Source: Phycisphaerae bacterium (GTDB taxonomy: Bacteria > Planctomycetota > Phycisphaerae > SM23-33). Taken from it: a stretch of DNA of 64,000 nucleotides. Position 1 is the stretch's first letter. Each line of letters begins with the position of its first letter. Below are positions 8,664-19,405 of the stretch, piece after piece. Made by a program: the position numbers and the translations under genes. A model generated the notes under the pieces. That model did no database searches, had not been told where the DNA came from, and was given only the letters and a program-made list of their open reading frames with translations. The stretch covers positions 266,235 to 330,234 of the forward strand of contig JBDKRA010000017.1 of NCBI GenBank assembly GCA_039683615.1. The letters run 5' to 3'.

Positions 8664-11318
8664 ATGTCGGCAATCCTTCCCAGGTTCCTCAAGCCCCGAG
8701 TCGCCAAGGAACTGGCGACGGTCAAGGTCGCATCGGAAGTGATCGAGGCGGCGCGGATCGACGCGGCGACCGTGCTGGAAAAGCTGGCCACCACGCCCAA
8801 GGGGCTCACGAGTGAGCAGGCCCAGCAGCGCCTGGAGGAACTGGGACCCAACATGGTCTCGCGCGAGAAGCGCCACACGCGCCTGCGCCTTCTCGGCCAC
8901 GCCATGGTCAACCCGCTGGTGATCCTGCTTCTGATCCTGGCGACGCTGGCGTGGGTGGGGGGCGACCACAGCGCGGCGATGGTCATGACCGCGATGGTCG
9001 TGCTGGGGGTGGTGTTGCGGCTGGTGCAGGAATCGCGGGCCGACACCGCCGCGGCCAAGCTCAAGGCGATGATCCGCGTGACGGCCACCGTCGTGCGAGA
9101 CGGCGCCGCGATCGAGACGCCGCTGGCCCAACTGGTCAGGGGCGACGTGATCCGCCTGGCGGCGGGGGACATGATCCCCGCCGACGTGCGGATCCTCTCG
9201 TGCAAAGACCTGTTCATCACGCAGGCGAGCCTGACGGGCGAATCGCTGCCGGTGGAAAAGGCCGATGCGCCCGACGCGCGAACCGACCGCAGCGCGCTGG
9301 AACTGTCCAACATCTGCTTCATGGGCACCAGCGTCGAAAGCGGCTCGGCCACGGCCGTGGTCGTCGTGACGGGTCTCAAGACGTACCTGGGCCGCATGGC
9401 CGGGGCGATGGCGGCCCCCGCGCCGGTGACGAGTTTTGACAAGGGCGTCAATCAGTTCACGTGGCTGATGATCCGCTTCATGCTGGTGATGACGCCGCTG
9501 GTGTTCCTGATCAACGGCCTGACCAAGGGCAACTGGCACGAGGCGTTCTTCTTCGCGGTGGCGGTGGCGGTGGGTCTGACGCCGGAGATGCTGCCGATGA
9601 TCGTGACGGTGTGCCTGTCCAAGGGCGCCATCGCGATGTCGCACAAGAAGGTGATCGTCAAGCGCCTCAACTCGATCCAGAACTTCGGGGCCATGGACGT
9701 GCTGTGCACCGACAAGACCGGCACGTTGACGCTGGACCGCATTATCATCGAGAAGCACTGCGACGTCGTCCGCCGCGAAGACGACGACGTGCTGGCGATG
9801 GCGTACCTCAACAGCCACTTCCAGACCGGTCTCAAGAGCGCCTTGGACCGCGCGGTGCTGGAACACCGCGAGGTGCACCAGGAGATCAACGTCCCGCAGT
9901 GGGAGAAGGTGGACGAGATCCCCTTCGATTTTTCGCGGCGGCTGATGTCGGTGGTCGTCGAGACGCCCGAGGACACGCACCGGATCATCACCAAAGGCGC
10001 GCCCGAGGAAGTCTTCAAGCGATGCTCGCGATTCGAGCTCAACAACCAGCTTTACACGCTGGAGCACATCTTTATCCAGGACCTCAAGGAAGAGTACGAG
10101 AGCCTCAGCAGTGACGGCTTCCGCGTGGTGGCGCTGGCGTACAAAGACACGCCGCGAAAGGCCGTCTATTCCAAGGACGACGAGACCGACATGATCCTGC
10201 GCGGGTACATGGCGTTTCTCGACCCGCCCAAGGAGTCGGCCGCCCCTGCCCTGGTGGCGCTGCAGAAACACGGCGTCACGGCTAAGGTGCTCACCGGCGA
10301 CAATGATCTCGTCAGCCGCAAGATTTGCAACGAGGTGGGCCTGTCCACCGAGCACATGCTGCTGGGCAGCCAGGTCGAAGCGATGTCGGATGCGCAACTG
10401 GCCGATGAGGCGGAAAAGACCACGCTCTTCGCGCGGCTCTCGCCGGCCCACAAGCAACGCATCATCCGCGCGCTGCAAAGCCGCGGCCACGCGGTAGGCT
10501 ATCTTGGCGACGGGATCAACGACGCCTTGGCCCTTCGCGCGGCCGACGTGGGGATCTCGGTAGACTCGGCGGTCGACATCGCCAAAGAGTCCGCCGACGT
10601 GATCCTGCTGGAAAAGAGCCTGCTGGTGCTGGAAGAGGGCGTGCTGGAGGGGCGCAAGGTCTTCGCCAACATTCTCAAGTACGTGCGGATGGGGGCCAGC
10701 TCGAACTTCGGCAACATGTTCAGCGTGCTGGGGGCGAGCATCTTTCTGCCTTTTCTGCCGATGGCGCCGATCCAGATCCTGACAAACAATCTGCTGTACG
10801 ATTTCGCCCAGGTGCCGATTCCCACCGACGAGGTAGACCCCGAGCAGATCGCCCGCCCGCGACCCTGGTCGATCAAGGAAATCACGCGGTTCATCCTGTT
10901 CATCGGCCCGTGCAGTTCGATCTTCGACTACACGACGTACTTTATGATGTTCTGGATCATCACGCACTGGCTGGGCATTCAGTTCAACAGCCCATCCGCC
11001 GAGTCGCTCTTCCAGGCGGGCTGGTTCGTAGAGAGCCTGCTGACGCAGACGCTGATCATCCACGTGATCCGCACCAACCGCATCCCGTTCCTGCAAAGCC
11101 GCGCGAGCTGGCCGATGATGGCGATGACGACCGTCATCATGGCCATCGCCATGTGGCTGCCTTTCTCGCCTGTGGCCGAGGCGCTGGGGTTCCAGGCCCT
11201 GCCGGGGATATACTGGCCGCTGCTGGCGGGCACGCTGCTGGCGTACCTGCTGCTGACGCAGGGCGTGAAGACCTGGCTGCTCAAGCACGCATGGATCAGT
11301 AAGGAGTCTGTCAGATGA
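8664..11318 (+). CDS. mgtA: Magnesium-translocating P-type ATPase
   Basis: TGES, GLTPEMLPMIV, DKTGT, PFDFSRR, GDGIND, ASSNFGN and QILTNNLLYD motifs typical of MgtA/MgtB. Confidence 0.93.
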   Translation: MSAILPRFLKPRVAKELATVKVASEVIEAARIDAATVLEKLATTPKGLTSEQAQQRLEELGPNMVSREKRHTRLRLLGHAMVNPLVILLLILATLAWVGGDHSAAMVMTAMVVLGVVLRLVQESRADTAAAKLKAMIRVTATVVRDGAAIETPLAQLVRGDVIRLAAGDMIPADVRILSCKDLFITQASLTGESLPVEKADAPDARTDRSALELSNICFMGTSVESGSATAVVVVTGLKTYLGRMAGAMAAPAPVTSFDKGVNQFTWLMIRFMLVMTPLVFLINGLTKGNWHEAFFFAVAVAVGLTPEMLPMIVTVCLSKGAIAMSHKKVIVKRLNSIQNFGAMDVLCTDKTGTLTLDRIIIEKHCDVVRREDDDVLAMAYLNSHFQTGLKSALDRAVLEHREVHQEINVPQWEKVDEIPFDFSRRLMSVVVETPEDTHRIITKGAPEEVFKRCSRFELNNQLYTLEHIFIQDLKEEYESLSSDGFRVVALAYKDTPRKAVYSKDDETDMILRGYMAFLDPPKESAAPALVALQKHGVTAKVLTGDNDLVSRKICNEVGLSTEHMLLGSQVEAMSDAQLADEAEKTTLFARLSPAHKQRIIRALQSRGHAVGYLGDGINDALALRAADVGISVDSAVDIAKESADVILLEKSLLVLEEGVLEGRKVFANILKYVRMGASSNFGNMFSVLGASIFLPFLPMAPIQILTNNLLYDFAQVPIPTDEVDPEQIARPRPWSIKEITRFILFIGPCSSIFDYTTYFMMFWIITHWLGIQFNSPSAESLFQAGWFVESLLTQTLIIHVIRTNRIPFLQSRASWPMMAMTTVIMAIAMWLPFSPVAEALGFQALPGIYWPLLAGTLLAYLLLTQGVKTWLLKHAWISKESVR

Positions 11319-12400
11319 AAGGCCGTGAAATTGCGCTGGCGACTCTGATGCAACAAGAAGTCAAAGAGCCGTGTATTAACTATTGCTGGATGACGAACTC
11401 GAAGTTTCTCAGCAAGGCCGCCGGGCGCAACTACTGGGACGATAGCGAAAATGCGTTCTACGATTATCTGCGATACGCCGGGATCAACCTGGTGCCGCAG
11501 TACTATCTGCCCGGCGAGGGGCAGCGCAACATCGAACTGGGCCACATGGCCCATGAGCCTCTGCCCGGCGGCTGGGAGCGCGTCAGCGGGCCGCAGGGCG
11601 TGCTGGCGGCCATCGAACGCCTGCCCAGCGACGAGCAGGTGATCCGCGAGTTCAATATCGAGAAGGCGGCCGCCGATTACGCCAAGTCCAACAATGACCA
11701 CATGGCCCGCGCCAATGACGAGACGCTGTTCATCGACTGGTTCGGCCAGGCCGACTTCATGGGCGGCTATAATCGCTGGGGCTATGAGAACTATCTCATG
11801 GCGATGCTGGACTACCCCGAGGCGATGCGGCGCTACTGGCATCACACGGCGCTGCAGGGGCGGCTCTGGAACCAGGCCATCGCCCTGGCGGTGGAGAAGC
11901 ACCACATCGCCCCGTTTGTCTACAGTGGGCAGGACATCTGCTCGGGCAAGGGCCCCATCGCATCGCCGGTGCTGCTGCGCGAACTGTATTTCCCCGAGCT
12001 CAAGTGGTGCCTCGAGCCGCTGATCGAGGCGGGCATCGACATCATCTGGCACTGCGACGGCAACATCATCCCCATCCTGGACGATCTGCTGGACCTGGGC
12101 ATCGCCGGCCTGCAGGGGTTCGAGGAAGAGCACGGCGTCGATTACGCCCACATGGTCAAGCTCAAGAGCACCGCCGGCCGCTTGCTGGGGATCTGGGGCT
12201 GCGTCTCGGTCACCAGCACATTTCCCCACGGCAGCGAAGAGGATGTCCGCCGCAGCGTCGAGCGATCGTTCACGCTGGCGGGCAAGGGGCGCGGGTTCGT
12301 GCTGTCATCCACCAGCAGCGTGATGCCGGAAGTGTCCATCGAGAACATCGAGACGTTCTTCAGCTACGGCCGCCAGTTCGGGCGAGAGTTCCTGAGCTGA
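11315..12400 (+). CDS. Uroporphyrinogen decarboxylase-fold (MtbA/CmuA-like) protein
   Basis: QDIC...PIASP, WHCDG, GKGRGFVLSST; overlaps the mgtA stop codon. Confidence 0.8.
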   Translation: MKGREIALATLMQQEVKEPCINYCWMTNSKFLSKAAGRNYWDDSENAFYDYLRYAGINLVPQYYLPGEGQRNIELGHMAHEPLPGGWERVSGPQGVLAAIERLPSDEQVIREFNIEKAAADYAKSNNDHMARANDETLFIDWFGQADFMGGYNRWGYENYLMAMLDYPEAMRRYWHHTALQGRLWNQAIALAVEKHHIAPFVYSGQDICSGKGPIASPVLLRELYFPELKWCLEPLIEAGIDIIWHCDGNIIPILDDLLDLGIAGLQGFEEEHGVDYAHMVKLKSTAGRLLGIWGCVSVTSTFPHGSEEDVRRSVERSFTLAGKGRGFVLSSTSSVMPEVSIENIETFFSYGRQFGREFLS

Positions 12401-12404
12401 GCAG

Positions 12405-14174
12405 CTATTCGTCGCCGGCGGGCATGCTGACGCCGCGGGTGGTTGCCGGTTGGGACGCCGGCGGTTTCGTCGTCGCCGCATCGCGGCGATTCGTCACGAG
12501 CCATCGCTGGCCGACGTGTCCGAGTTCTTTCACACGGCGCTGTCCCATGGCGTGCAACTGCGTGAGGGCTTCTTCGCCAGTGACGAAGAAGTACACCGGG
12601 GCGTCCGACAGCATCGCCTGCGAGACGATGGCCGCGTGCTGCTGGAGGGTGTCCTTGCCGGTTTTCTTGTCCCGCGAGTCCTTGAGCTGCTCGATCTCGG
12701 CCACGTCGGCGTAGTACTGGAACGAGCGGTTCTCGCTAGGCCAGTAGTAGTACTTTGCGGTCTTGGCGTCGGCGGGATCGATCAACCGCACCAATTGCCG
12801 CATGCTCTTCATCTCGTAGCCGGCCGGGGCCGTGTGGATCAGCAGGTACATGAACGAAGCCATCACGCCGGCCACCGCCAGGATGAGCACCAATCCGCGG
12901 CGGTTGCGGATGAGGGCGACGATCATGGCCGCGATGACGGCCCCGCCCGCCAGCGCCGGCAGGATGATCGCCGGCGAGAGGATGCCCAGCCAGTATTCCA
13001 GGCCGCCCAGCAGCAGCACGAAGGCGCCGACGGTCACCATCATCGAGATCGCGCCGTGCTTGAGCAGGCCGTCGCGCTGGTTGGACTGTGCCCATTGCGT
13101 CGCCAGGGCCGCCATCAGGACCGTCAGGGGCGCAAAGACCGGCATGATGTAGACGGGCAGCTTGGTCTTGCTGCACATGAAGAAGATCAGCGGCAGCAGG
13201 GCCGCCAGCCACAGGAACATCACCGCCGGCGAGGCGTTGCGAAGACGCCATCGCCGCGGGAACATCCGGATGCACGCCCCGGGCAGATAGACCGTCCAGG
13301 GCAGCAGCCCGCCCAGCAGGATGGGAATGTACGCCACGCCCGGAAAACCGTGGTTCTTGCCGAATGTCTGCGTCCCAAATCGGGCCAACGTGTGCTGTCC
13401 GAAAAATTGCTCGCCATAGTGCGGGACCGTCCAGCACATGCTCGCGTAAAACGGCAGCGTGATGATGAAGAATGCCAGCAGCCCACGCAGATGAAAGACT
13501 TCGAGCAACCGCCGCGGCCGCCCCGACAGCAGCAGGTATCCGCCCACCACGATCCCAGGCAGCCCCAGGCCGGCGATGCCCTTGAACAGACACGCCACGC
13601 CGCAGCAGGCATAGAATCCCATCCATCCGCCCCATCCGCTGCCCTGGCCTTTGAGCCGCTGGTCCTCGCCGCGCCAGAAGAACCACAGCGCCGCCCACAT
13701 GGCGGCCGTGAATGGCATGTCCATGCGGTACCATCGCCCGACGAACAGGAACATGCCGCTCGAGGCCAGCATGATCGCCGCCAGCAGGCCCGCCGAGGGG
13801 CCGAACATCCGCCGCCCCAGCCGCCACGTCACCAGCGCAGCCAGCAGCGCCGCCAGAGCGGAGATGCCGCGCCCGCTCAGTTCGCTGCTGCCGGTGAGGA
13901 TTTCCGCCCCGCCGACGATCCAGAAGTATGGTGCGGGCTTATCGTAGTAGATCTCGCCGTCGAGCATCGGGACCCACCAGTTGCCGCTGCGGATCATGTT
14001 GCGCACGACGAGGGCGCAGCGCGGTTCGTCCGGGTCCAGCAGCGGCAGCGAGTTGATGGCTGTGAAAAACAGCGGCAGACAGACGGCCAGCAGAATCGCC
14101 AGATGCGTGAAAGTCTCAACGCGCGGGTCGCGCCATAGCGATAGCCGCCCCGCATCCTGTTTTGCCCGCTTCAT
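12405..14174 (-). CDS. ArnT/PMT-like GT-C membrane glycosyltransferase
   Basis: LDPDEPR, YYDKPAPYFW, LFKG, LLPWT, SKTKLPVYIMP; many TM helices; start chosen at MKRAKQ. Confidence 0.88.
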   Translation of the reverse strand: MKRAKQDAGRLSLWRDPRVETFTHLAILLAVCLPLFFTAINSLPLLDPDEPRCALVVRNMIRSGNWWVPMLDGEIYYDKPAPYFWIVGGAEILTGSSELSGRGISALAALLAALVTWRLGRRMFGPSAGLLAAIMLASSGMFLFVGRWYRMDMPFTAAMWAALWFFWRGEDQRLKGQGSGWGGWMGFYACCGVACLFKGIAGLGLPGIVVGGYLLLSGRPRRLLEVFHLRGLLAFFIITLPFYASMCWTVPHYGEQFFGQHTLARFGTQTFGKNHGFPGVAYIPILLGGLLPWTVYLPGACIRMFPRRWRLRNASPAVMFLWLAALLPLIFFMCSKTKLPVYIMPVFAPLTVLMAALATQWAQSNQRDGLLKHGAISMMVTVGAFVLLLGGLEYWLGILSPAIILPALAGGAVIAAMIVALIRNRRGLVLILAVAGVMASFMYLLIHTAPAGYEMKSMRQLVRLIDPADAKTAKYYYWPSENRSFQYYADVAEIEQLKDSRDKKTGKDTLQQHAAIVSQAMLSDAPVYFFVTGEEALTQLHAMGQRRVKELGHVGQRWLVTNRRDAATTKPPASQPATTRGVSMPAGDE

Positions 14175-14230
14175 TGCACACAGCATACCGTAGCGGAGGC
14201 CCCAAGGCCACACTTGAACCGCTCAAGACG

Positions 14231-15544
14231 CTAGAGACGCTGCTCTAAAGAATGTTCTGCTGCCACCAGGCCCTTCTGTACATAGATAGGATGGGCAGCG
14301 CGGCCGAGCATCGGCAGGCGTGTCGCGAAGGCGATTCCGCACAGCACGCAGCCGGTCCCGCCGATAACGACCGCCCATGGCGCGCCCAGCCAGTGTGCCA
14401 GCCACCCGCTCAATAGACTGCCGAAGGGCATCATCCCCATAAAGCAGACCGTGTAGAGGCTCATGACGCGGCCTCGCTTGTCGTCGTCGACGATCGTCTG
14501 CAGCAGCGTGTTGCTGGCAACCATCTGGATCATGAAAGAAAATCCCACCACAGCCAGCAGCGCCAGCGAAACGTACAGGTTTCGCGACATCGCGAAGACC
14601 GCCAGTGCCAGACCGAACAGCACCGCCGCGGCGGCCATCGTCTTGCCTAGACCTCGCGCGCTGCGCCGCCAGGCCAGCAGGACCCCGCCACCCAAGGCGC
14701 CCAGGCCGGTGGCGGCCGTCAAGAACCCCAGCGTGTGCGGGCCGCCACTAAAGATGTCCCTGGCAAATACCGGCATCAGCACCGTGTACGGCGTGCCCAA
14801 CAGGCTCGTGACCGCCAGCAGCAGCAGGATAGCGCGGATGGGGGCGAATCGCATTGAGTACGCCAGCCCCTCGTGGAGATTGTGCAGGAGGCTCTTTCGC
14901 GGCACGGCTGGCGACGGGCGCACCCGCATGGCCAGCAGCGCAGCGATTACCGCTACGAACGTGGCGCCGTTGATCAGGAAGGAAAGGCCTTCGCCCACCG
15001 CATAAATAATCCAGCCAGCCAGCATCGGCCCGACCAGCTTGGCCGAGTTGACCAGGAACGAGTTCAGGGCGATGGCGTTGGGCAGGTCTTCTTTCTTCTC
15101 GAGCATCTCGACGACGAACGACTGGCGGATCGGAATGTCGAAGGCGTTGATGAGCCCCAACGCACAGGCCAAAGCGATGATCTGCCAGACCTGGATGGTT
15201 CCCGTCAGCGTCAGGGCGCCCAGGGCGAAGGCCTGCACCATCGCCAGCGCCTGCGTGACGATCAGCAGCGTGCGGCGGTTGGTGCGGTCGGCCAGCACCC
15301 CGGCCAAGGGAGCCGCCAGAAACGTGAAGATGGAACTGGCAAAGCCCACGACGCCCAGCAGCCACTCCGAATCCGTCAGGCGATATACCAACCACGCCAG
15401 CGCCGTGCGCTGCACCCACGTCCCGATGAGGCTAGTGCCCTGACCGAGGAAAAACAGTTTGTAGTTGCGATGACTCAGGGCGCGCACCAGCGTGCGCCAT
15501 CGCGGAATGTTGCTCGAGGGAATGGGCGGCTCGGCCGTTGACAT
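14231..15544 (-). CDS. MFS transporter (MFS_3-like)
   Basis: RALSHRNYKLFFLGQ, GVLADRTNRR, DDKRGRVMS. Confidence 0.88.
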   Translation of the reverse strand: MSTAEPPIPSSNIPRWRTLVRALSHRNYKLFFLGQGTSLIGTWVQRTALAWLVYRLTDSEWLLGVVGFASSIFTFLAAPLAGVLADRTNRRTLLIVTQALAMVQAFALGALTLTGTIQVWQIIALACALGLINAFDIPIRQSFVVEMLEKKEDLPNAIALNSFLVNSAKLVGPMLAGWIIYAVGEGLSFLINGATFVAVIAALLAMRVRPSPAVPRKSLLHNLHEGLAYSMRFAPIRAILLLLAVTSLLGTPYTVLMPVFARDIFSGGPHTLGFLTAATGLGALGGGVLLAWRRSARGLGKTMAAAAVLFGLALAVFAMSRNLYVSLALLAVVGFSFMIQMVASNTLLQTIVDDDKRGRVMSLYTVCFMGMMPFGSLLSGWLAHWLGAPWAVVIGGTGCVLCGIAFATRLPMLGRAAHPIYVQKGLVAAEHSLEQRL

Positions 15545-15663
15545 TAACTTATGTCCTGACAAAGGTGATATGATACCGCGCACCTTCGAGCCGCTCAATG
15601 CGGGCGCGGGTTAGACAGGCGTGAGTCTGTAGATCGCACGGCGCAACGCCCCAGAGCGACAGA

Positions 15664-16905
15664 ATGACCCCACGACAACGAATGCGAGATTTCTTTGCCG
15701 GCCTGCCGGTCGACCGGATCCCCAACGGCCTGGGCGGCTGCGAGACAGCCGGCATGCACCTGCTGGCATACGACAACCTCAAGCGCGTCCTGGGCGTGAC
15801 CGACCCGGCCAATCGCATGTACACGTTCATGACCAATGCCGTCTTCGAGCCGACCGTACTGGCCGCGATGGAAGGCGACATGATCGTGCTCAACAGCCGC
15901 ATGAGCGCCTCGCCGCTATGGGGCCCGCCGGCCCGCGGGCGATGGAAAGACCAGATCTTCTGGGGCAAGACCTTCCAGGTGCCCAACACATGGCAGTTCC
16001 AAACGCACGAGGACGGCACGGTCTGGTGGGATAACGCCCTCAAGTGCCCGCCCGGGGGCATTTATTTCGACTGGCCCAGCGGCCCGCCGAAGGTCCTCGA
16101 ACTGCCCGACATGGACGCCCAGCCTTCGCCGGACGACTTCAACCCATCGCACGAATTGCCGCAGGAGATGCTGGCCGACATGGAAGCGGCTGCGAGATTC
16201 CTGCACGAGACGACGAACTACTCGATCGTGGTGGGAGAGTCGATCCACGACCTGCAGCTCAAGCCCGGCGGGATGCACGCATGGTGGATGCGCATGCGCA
16301 TCGAGCCGCAGGCGTGCCACGAGTACCTGGCCAAAGCCGTCGACGCGGGGCTGGCCCATCTGCGGCAGGTGCACCAGGCCGTGGGCAAGTACGCCGACGC
16401 GATGATCATCGCCGACGACATCGGCGACACGCGCGGCGTGACGTGCGGGCCGGACCTGTGGCGCGACATCTACAAATCCCACTACAAGCGATTCTGGCAG
16501 GAGTGGAAGAAGATCACGCACTTGAAGTCGCTGCTGCACTGCTGCGGCAGCGTGGTGGACATCATGGACGACTTTATCGACTGCGGCCTGGATATCTTCA
16601 ACCCCATCCAGGTTTCCGCGCGAGGGATGGACGTCGAGACCCTGGCCGCGCGATTCGGCGGGCGAATCATCTTCTACGGCGGCGCGCTGGACGCGGTGGT
16701 CACGCCGCCTTCGACGAGCGACGAGGTGGTCTACGAGCAGGCCCGCAAGGTCATCCGTACTCTCGCTCAGGCCGGGCGCTACATCTTTGCCGGCACGCAC
16801 AATATCCCCGGCGACACGCCGCCGGGACATCTCAAGGCAATTCTCGACGCGTACAACAACGTTAAGTATACTGCTGCCGCCCAAACGGCAAAGGAGCAGC
16901 CATGA
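15664..16905 (+). CDS. Uroporphyrinogen decarboxylase-fold protein
   Basis: MTPRQR...DRIP start, ADDIG, LHCCGS, NPIQVSARGMD, YIFAGTHNI. Confidence 0.85.
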   Translation: MTPRQRMRDFFAGLPVDRIPNGLGGCETAGMHLLAYDNLKRVLGVTDPANRMYTFMTNAVFEPTVLAAMEGDMIVLNSRMSASPLWGPPARGRWKDQIFWGKTFQVPNTWQFQTHEDGTVWWDNALKCPPGGIYFDWPSGPPKVLELPDMDAQPSPDDFNPSHELPQEMLADMEAAARFLHETTNYSIVVGESIHDLQLKPGGMHAWWMRMRIEPQACHEYLAKAVDAGLAHLRQVHQAVGKYADAMIIADDIGDTRGVTCGPDLWRDIYKSHYKRFWQEWKKITHLKSLLHCCGSVVDIMDDFIDCGLDIFNPIQVSARGMDVETLAARFGGRIIFYGGALDAVVTPPSTSDEVVYEQARKVIRTLAQAGRYIFAGTHNIPGDTPPGHLKAILDAYNNVKYTAAAQTAKEQP

Positions 16906-18056
16906 ACGAACGACAGAGGACGATGGCCGTCCTGCATTATGAACCGTACGACCGCCTGCCCATCGTGCACTTCGGCTACTGGGGCGAGACGCTCTGGAAG
17001 TGGGTGCAGGAGGGGCACCTGACCGAGGATGATGCCCGCGGCTGGTACGACGGCGGGGGGACCGACCCGGCGATCTGCAAAAAGCTGGGCTTCGACTTCG
17101 ATTACTACGCGTGCTTCCACACCAGCACGGGGATGAACCCCGGCTTCGAGTACAAGGTGATCGCCGAGTTTCCCGACGGCGCCAAGCACGTGCAGACCGG
17201 CGAGGGCGTCGTCGTGCTCCAGCGCCCCGGGGCGACGGGAATCCCCTCCGAGATCGATCACATCTTCAAAGGCCGCAAGGAATGGGACGAGCAGTACAAG
17301 CACCGCTTCAATTTCTTCCCTGATCGCGTCACCAAATGCCACGTGCGGACCAACAGCGGCACGCTGCCGCTGGATGCCGGCGGGGCCGACTTCCTCAGGG
17401 CCGACACGCGCGAGTTCCTCTACGGCCTGCACTGCGGCAGCCTGTACGGGAGCATCCGCAACTTTATCGGCGTTGAGAACTCGGCGTACCTGGTCGTGGA
17501 TGACGAGCCGCTATTCGACGAGATCATCGCCACCGTCGGCGATCTGTGCTACCGCTGCACCAAGCAGGCCCTCGAGAGCGGGGCCAAGTTCGACTTCGCC
17601 CATTTCTGGGAAGACATCTGCTTCAAGAACGGCCCGCTCATTTCCCCGCGGGTCTTCATGGAGAAGGTCGGGCCGCAGTACAAGCGCATTACCCAACTGG
17701 TCAACAGCTACGGCATCGACATCGTCAGCCTCGATTGCGACGGCATGATCGACGCCCTGATCCCGACGTGGATCGAAAACGGCGTCAACACGATGTTCCC
17801 CATTGAAGTGGGCACCTGGAACGCCAGCATCGCCCCGTGGCGAGAGCAGTACGGCAAGGAACTCCGCGGCGTGGGCGGCATGGACAAGAAGGTCTTCGCC
17901 CGCGACCGCGCTGCCGTCGACGCAGAAGTCGAGCGCCTCCGCCCGCTGGTGGAGCTTGGGGGATTCATCCCCTGCCCCGACCATCGCATCCCGCCTGACG
18001 CCCAATGGGACACCGTGCGCTACTATTGCGACCGCATGCACAGGGTGTTCGCCTAG
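16902..18056 (+). CDS. Uroporphyrinogen decarboxylase-fold protein
   Basis: MNERQR...DRLP start, WEDICFKNGPLISP, LDCDG, GGFIPCPDHRIPPD. Confidence 0.85.
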   Translation: MNERQRTMAVLHYEPYDRLPIVHFGYWGETLWKWVQEGHLTEDDARGWYDGGGTDPAICKKLGFDFDYYACFHTSTGMNPGFEYKVIAEFPDGAKHVQTGEGVVVLQRPGATGIPSEIDHIFKGRKEWDEQYKHRFNFFPDRVTKCHVRTNSGTLPLDAGGADFLRADTREFLYGLHCGSLYGSIRNFIGVENSAYLVVDDEPLFDEIIATVGDLCYRCTKQALESGAKFDFAHFWEDICFKNGPLISPRVFMEKVGPQYKRITQLVNSYGIDIVSLDCDGMIDALIPTWIENGVNTMFPIEVGTWNASIAPWREQYGKELRGVGGMDKKVFARDRAAVDAEVERLRPLVELGGFIPCPDHRIPPDAQWDTVRYYCDRMHRVFA

Positions 18057-18100
18057 AACTCGCAACGCCACCGCACTGATCTGCCAGTCGCTCGGGATCC

Positions 18101-19366
18101 TCACAGACCCAGCGCCATCGTCGTGGCGCCGCCGTTGATGAACTCGGGTTTGCGGGCGAAGTCCAGTTTGATGATCGTCACGCCGGCGAGTTTGTCGGGG
18201 CTTGTCGGGGGGAGGTTCTTCAGGATGATGCACTTGGCGCGCTGCTCGTACTGGATCTCTTTTCCGCTGACCAGGAAGGAGACCTTCTTGAGCTTGGTCG
18301 GGTAGTTGCCCAGCCGGATCTCACGCCCCGGCCAGTTGCGGCACCAGAAGTACGACGTGTTGCCGCGCAGCGATGAGATTCCGCACGCCGAGCCCCAGAG
18401 GTTGTTGCGGTCCAGGCGGCCGTAGACGGCCTCGCCGTTGAGCTTGAGCCACTTGCCGACGGTCAGCAGCGGCTCTGCCGCCGTGGTGGGGATCGTGCCG
18501 TCCGGCGCCGGTCCGACGTTGAGCAGCAGGTTGCCCTGGTTGGCGCTGGCGGTGGCGAGCATGCGCAGGATGTCGCGCGGCGTCACGGTGTCTGCCGCGG
18601 CCGAGGGCATGTAGCCCCAGGAGGTCTCGTCGGACATCATGCACGCCTCCCAGCCGCGGCCGGCTTCGGAGGGTTTGACCTGCCCCTCGGGGGTGTTGAA
18701 GTCCTCGGGAATCTGCGAGCGGTCGTTGATCAGGATGTGCGGCTGGAGCTTGCGGGCCATGCCATTCATCGTGACGCTTTCCCACTGCTCGGCTTTGCTC
18801 AGCGGCCACGAGACGTCGTACCAGAGGATGTCGACCTTGCCGTAGTTGGTCATCAACTCGCGCACGCAGCTGTGCGTGAAGTCGACGAACCGCCGGCGGG
18901 CCGCTTCGTCTTTGCCGCAGCGCATCCCGTCTTCATGTCGCCAGTCCATCAGCGAGTAATAGAAGCCGACCTTGAGCCCGAACTCGCGACAGGCGTCGAC
19001 GAACTCGCCCACCAGGTCGCGATGCGGGCCGCGTTTGACGGCGTTGAAGTCGGTCTGCTGGGTGTCCCAGAGGCAGAAGCCCTCGTGGTGCTTGGTCGTC
19101 AGGACCATGTACTTCATGCCGGCCTTGACGGCGAGCTTCGCCCATTCGCGCGGGGCGCCGGGCCTGGGCTTCCACGTGTCGGCGAAGGCGTCGTACTCGT
19201 CCTTCTCCCAGGCCTCGAAGTTCATGACCCACTCGTTGCGGGCGATCTGCGCGTACAGCCCCCAATGGACAAACATCCCGTACCGCGCCTCGTTCCACCA
19301 CTTCATCCGCGCCGGCCGAGTCTTATCCACCGCCGCCAGGTACCGCTTGGTCACTGCATCAGGCAT
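18101..19366 (-). CDS. GH29 alpha-L-fucosidase
   Basis: WWNEARYGMFVHWG, TTKHHEGFCLW, ILWYD nucleophile, GNLLLNVGP. Confidence 0.92.
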   Translation of the reverse strand: MPDAVTKRYLAAVDKTRPARMKWWNEARYGMFVHWGLYAQIARNEWVMNFEAWEKDEYDAFADTWKPRPGAPREWAKLAVKAGMKYMVLTTKHHEGFCLWDTQQTDFNAVKRGPHRDLVGEFVDACREFGLKVGFYYSLMDWRHEDGMRCGKDEAARRRFVDFTHSCVRELMTNYGKVDILWYDVSWPLSKAEQWESVTMNGMARKLQPHILINDRSQIPEDFNTPEGQVKPSEAGRGWEACMMSDETSWGYMPSAAADTVTPRDILRMLATASANQGNLLLNVGPAPDGTIPTTAAEPLLTVGKWLKLNGEAVYGRLDRNNLWGSACGISSLRGNTSYFWCRNWPGREIRLGNYPTKLKKVSFLVSGKEIQYEQRAKCIILKNLPPTSPDKLAGVTIIKLDFARKPEFINGGATTMALGL

Positions 19367-19405
19367 GCGTCAACTCCAATGGTAGTTGGGATAGAGAACG
19401 ATCAT

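Noticed and set aside
6936-11288. 1450 aa minus-strand ORF
   Set aside because: Antisense shadow of the GH3 and mgtA genes in high-GC DNA; no recognisable motifs
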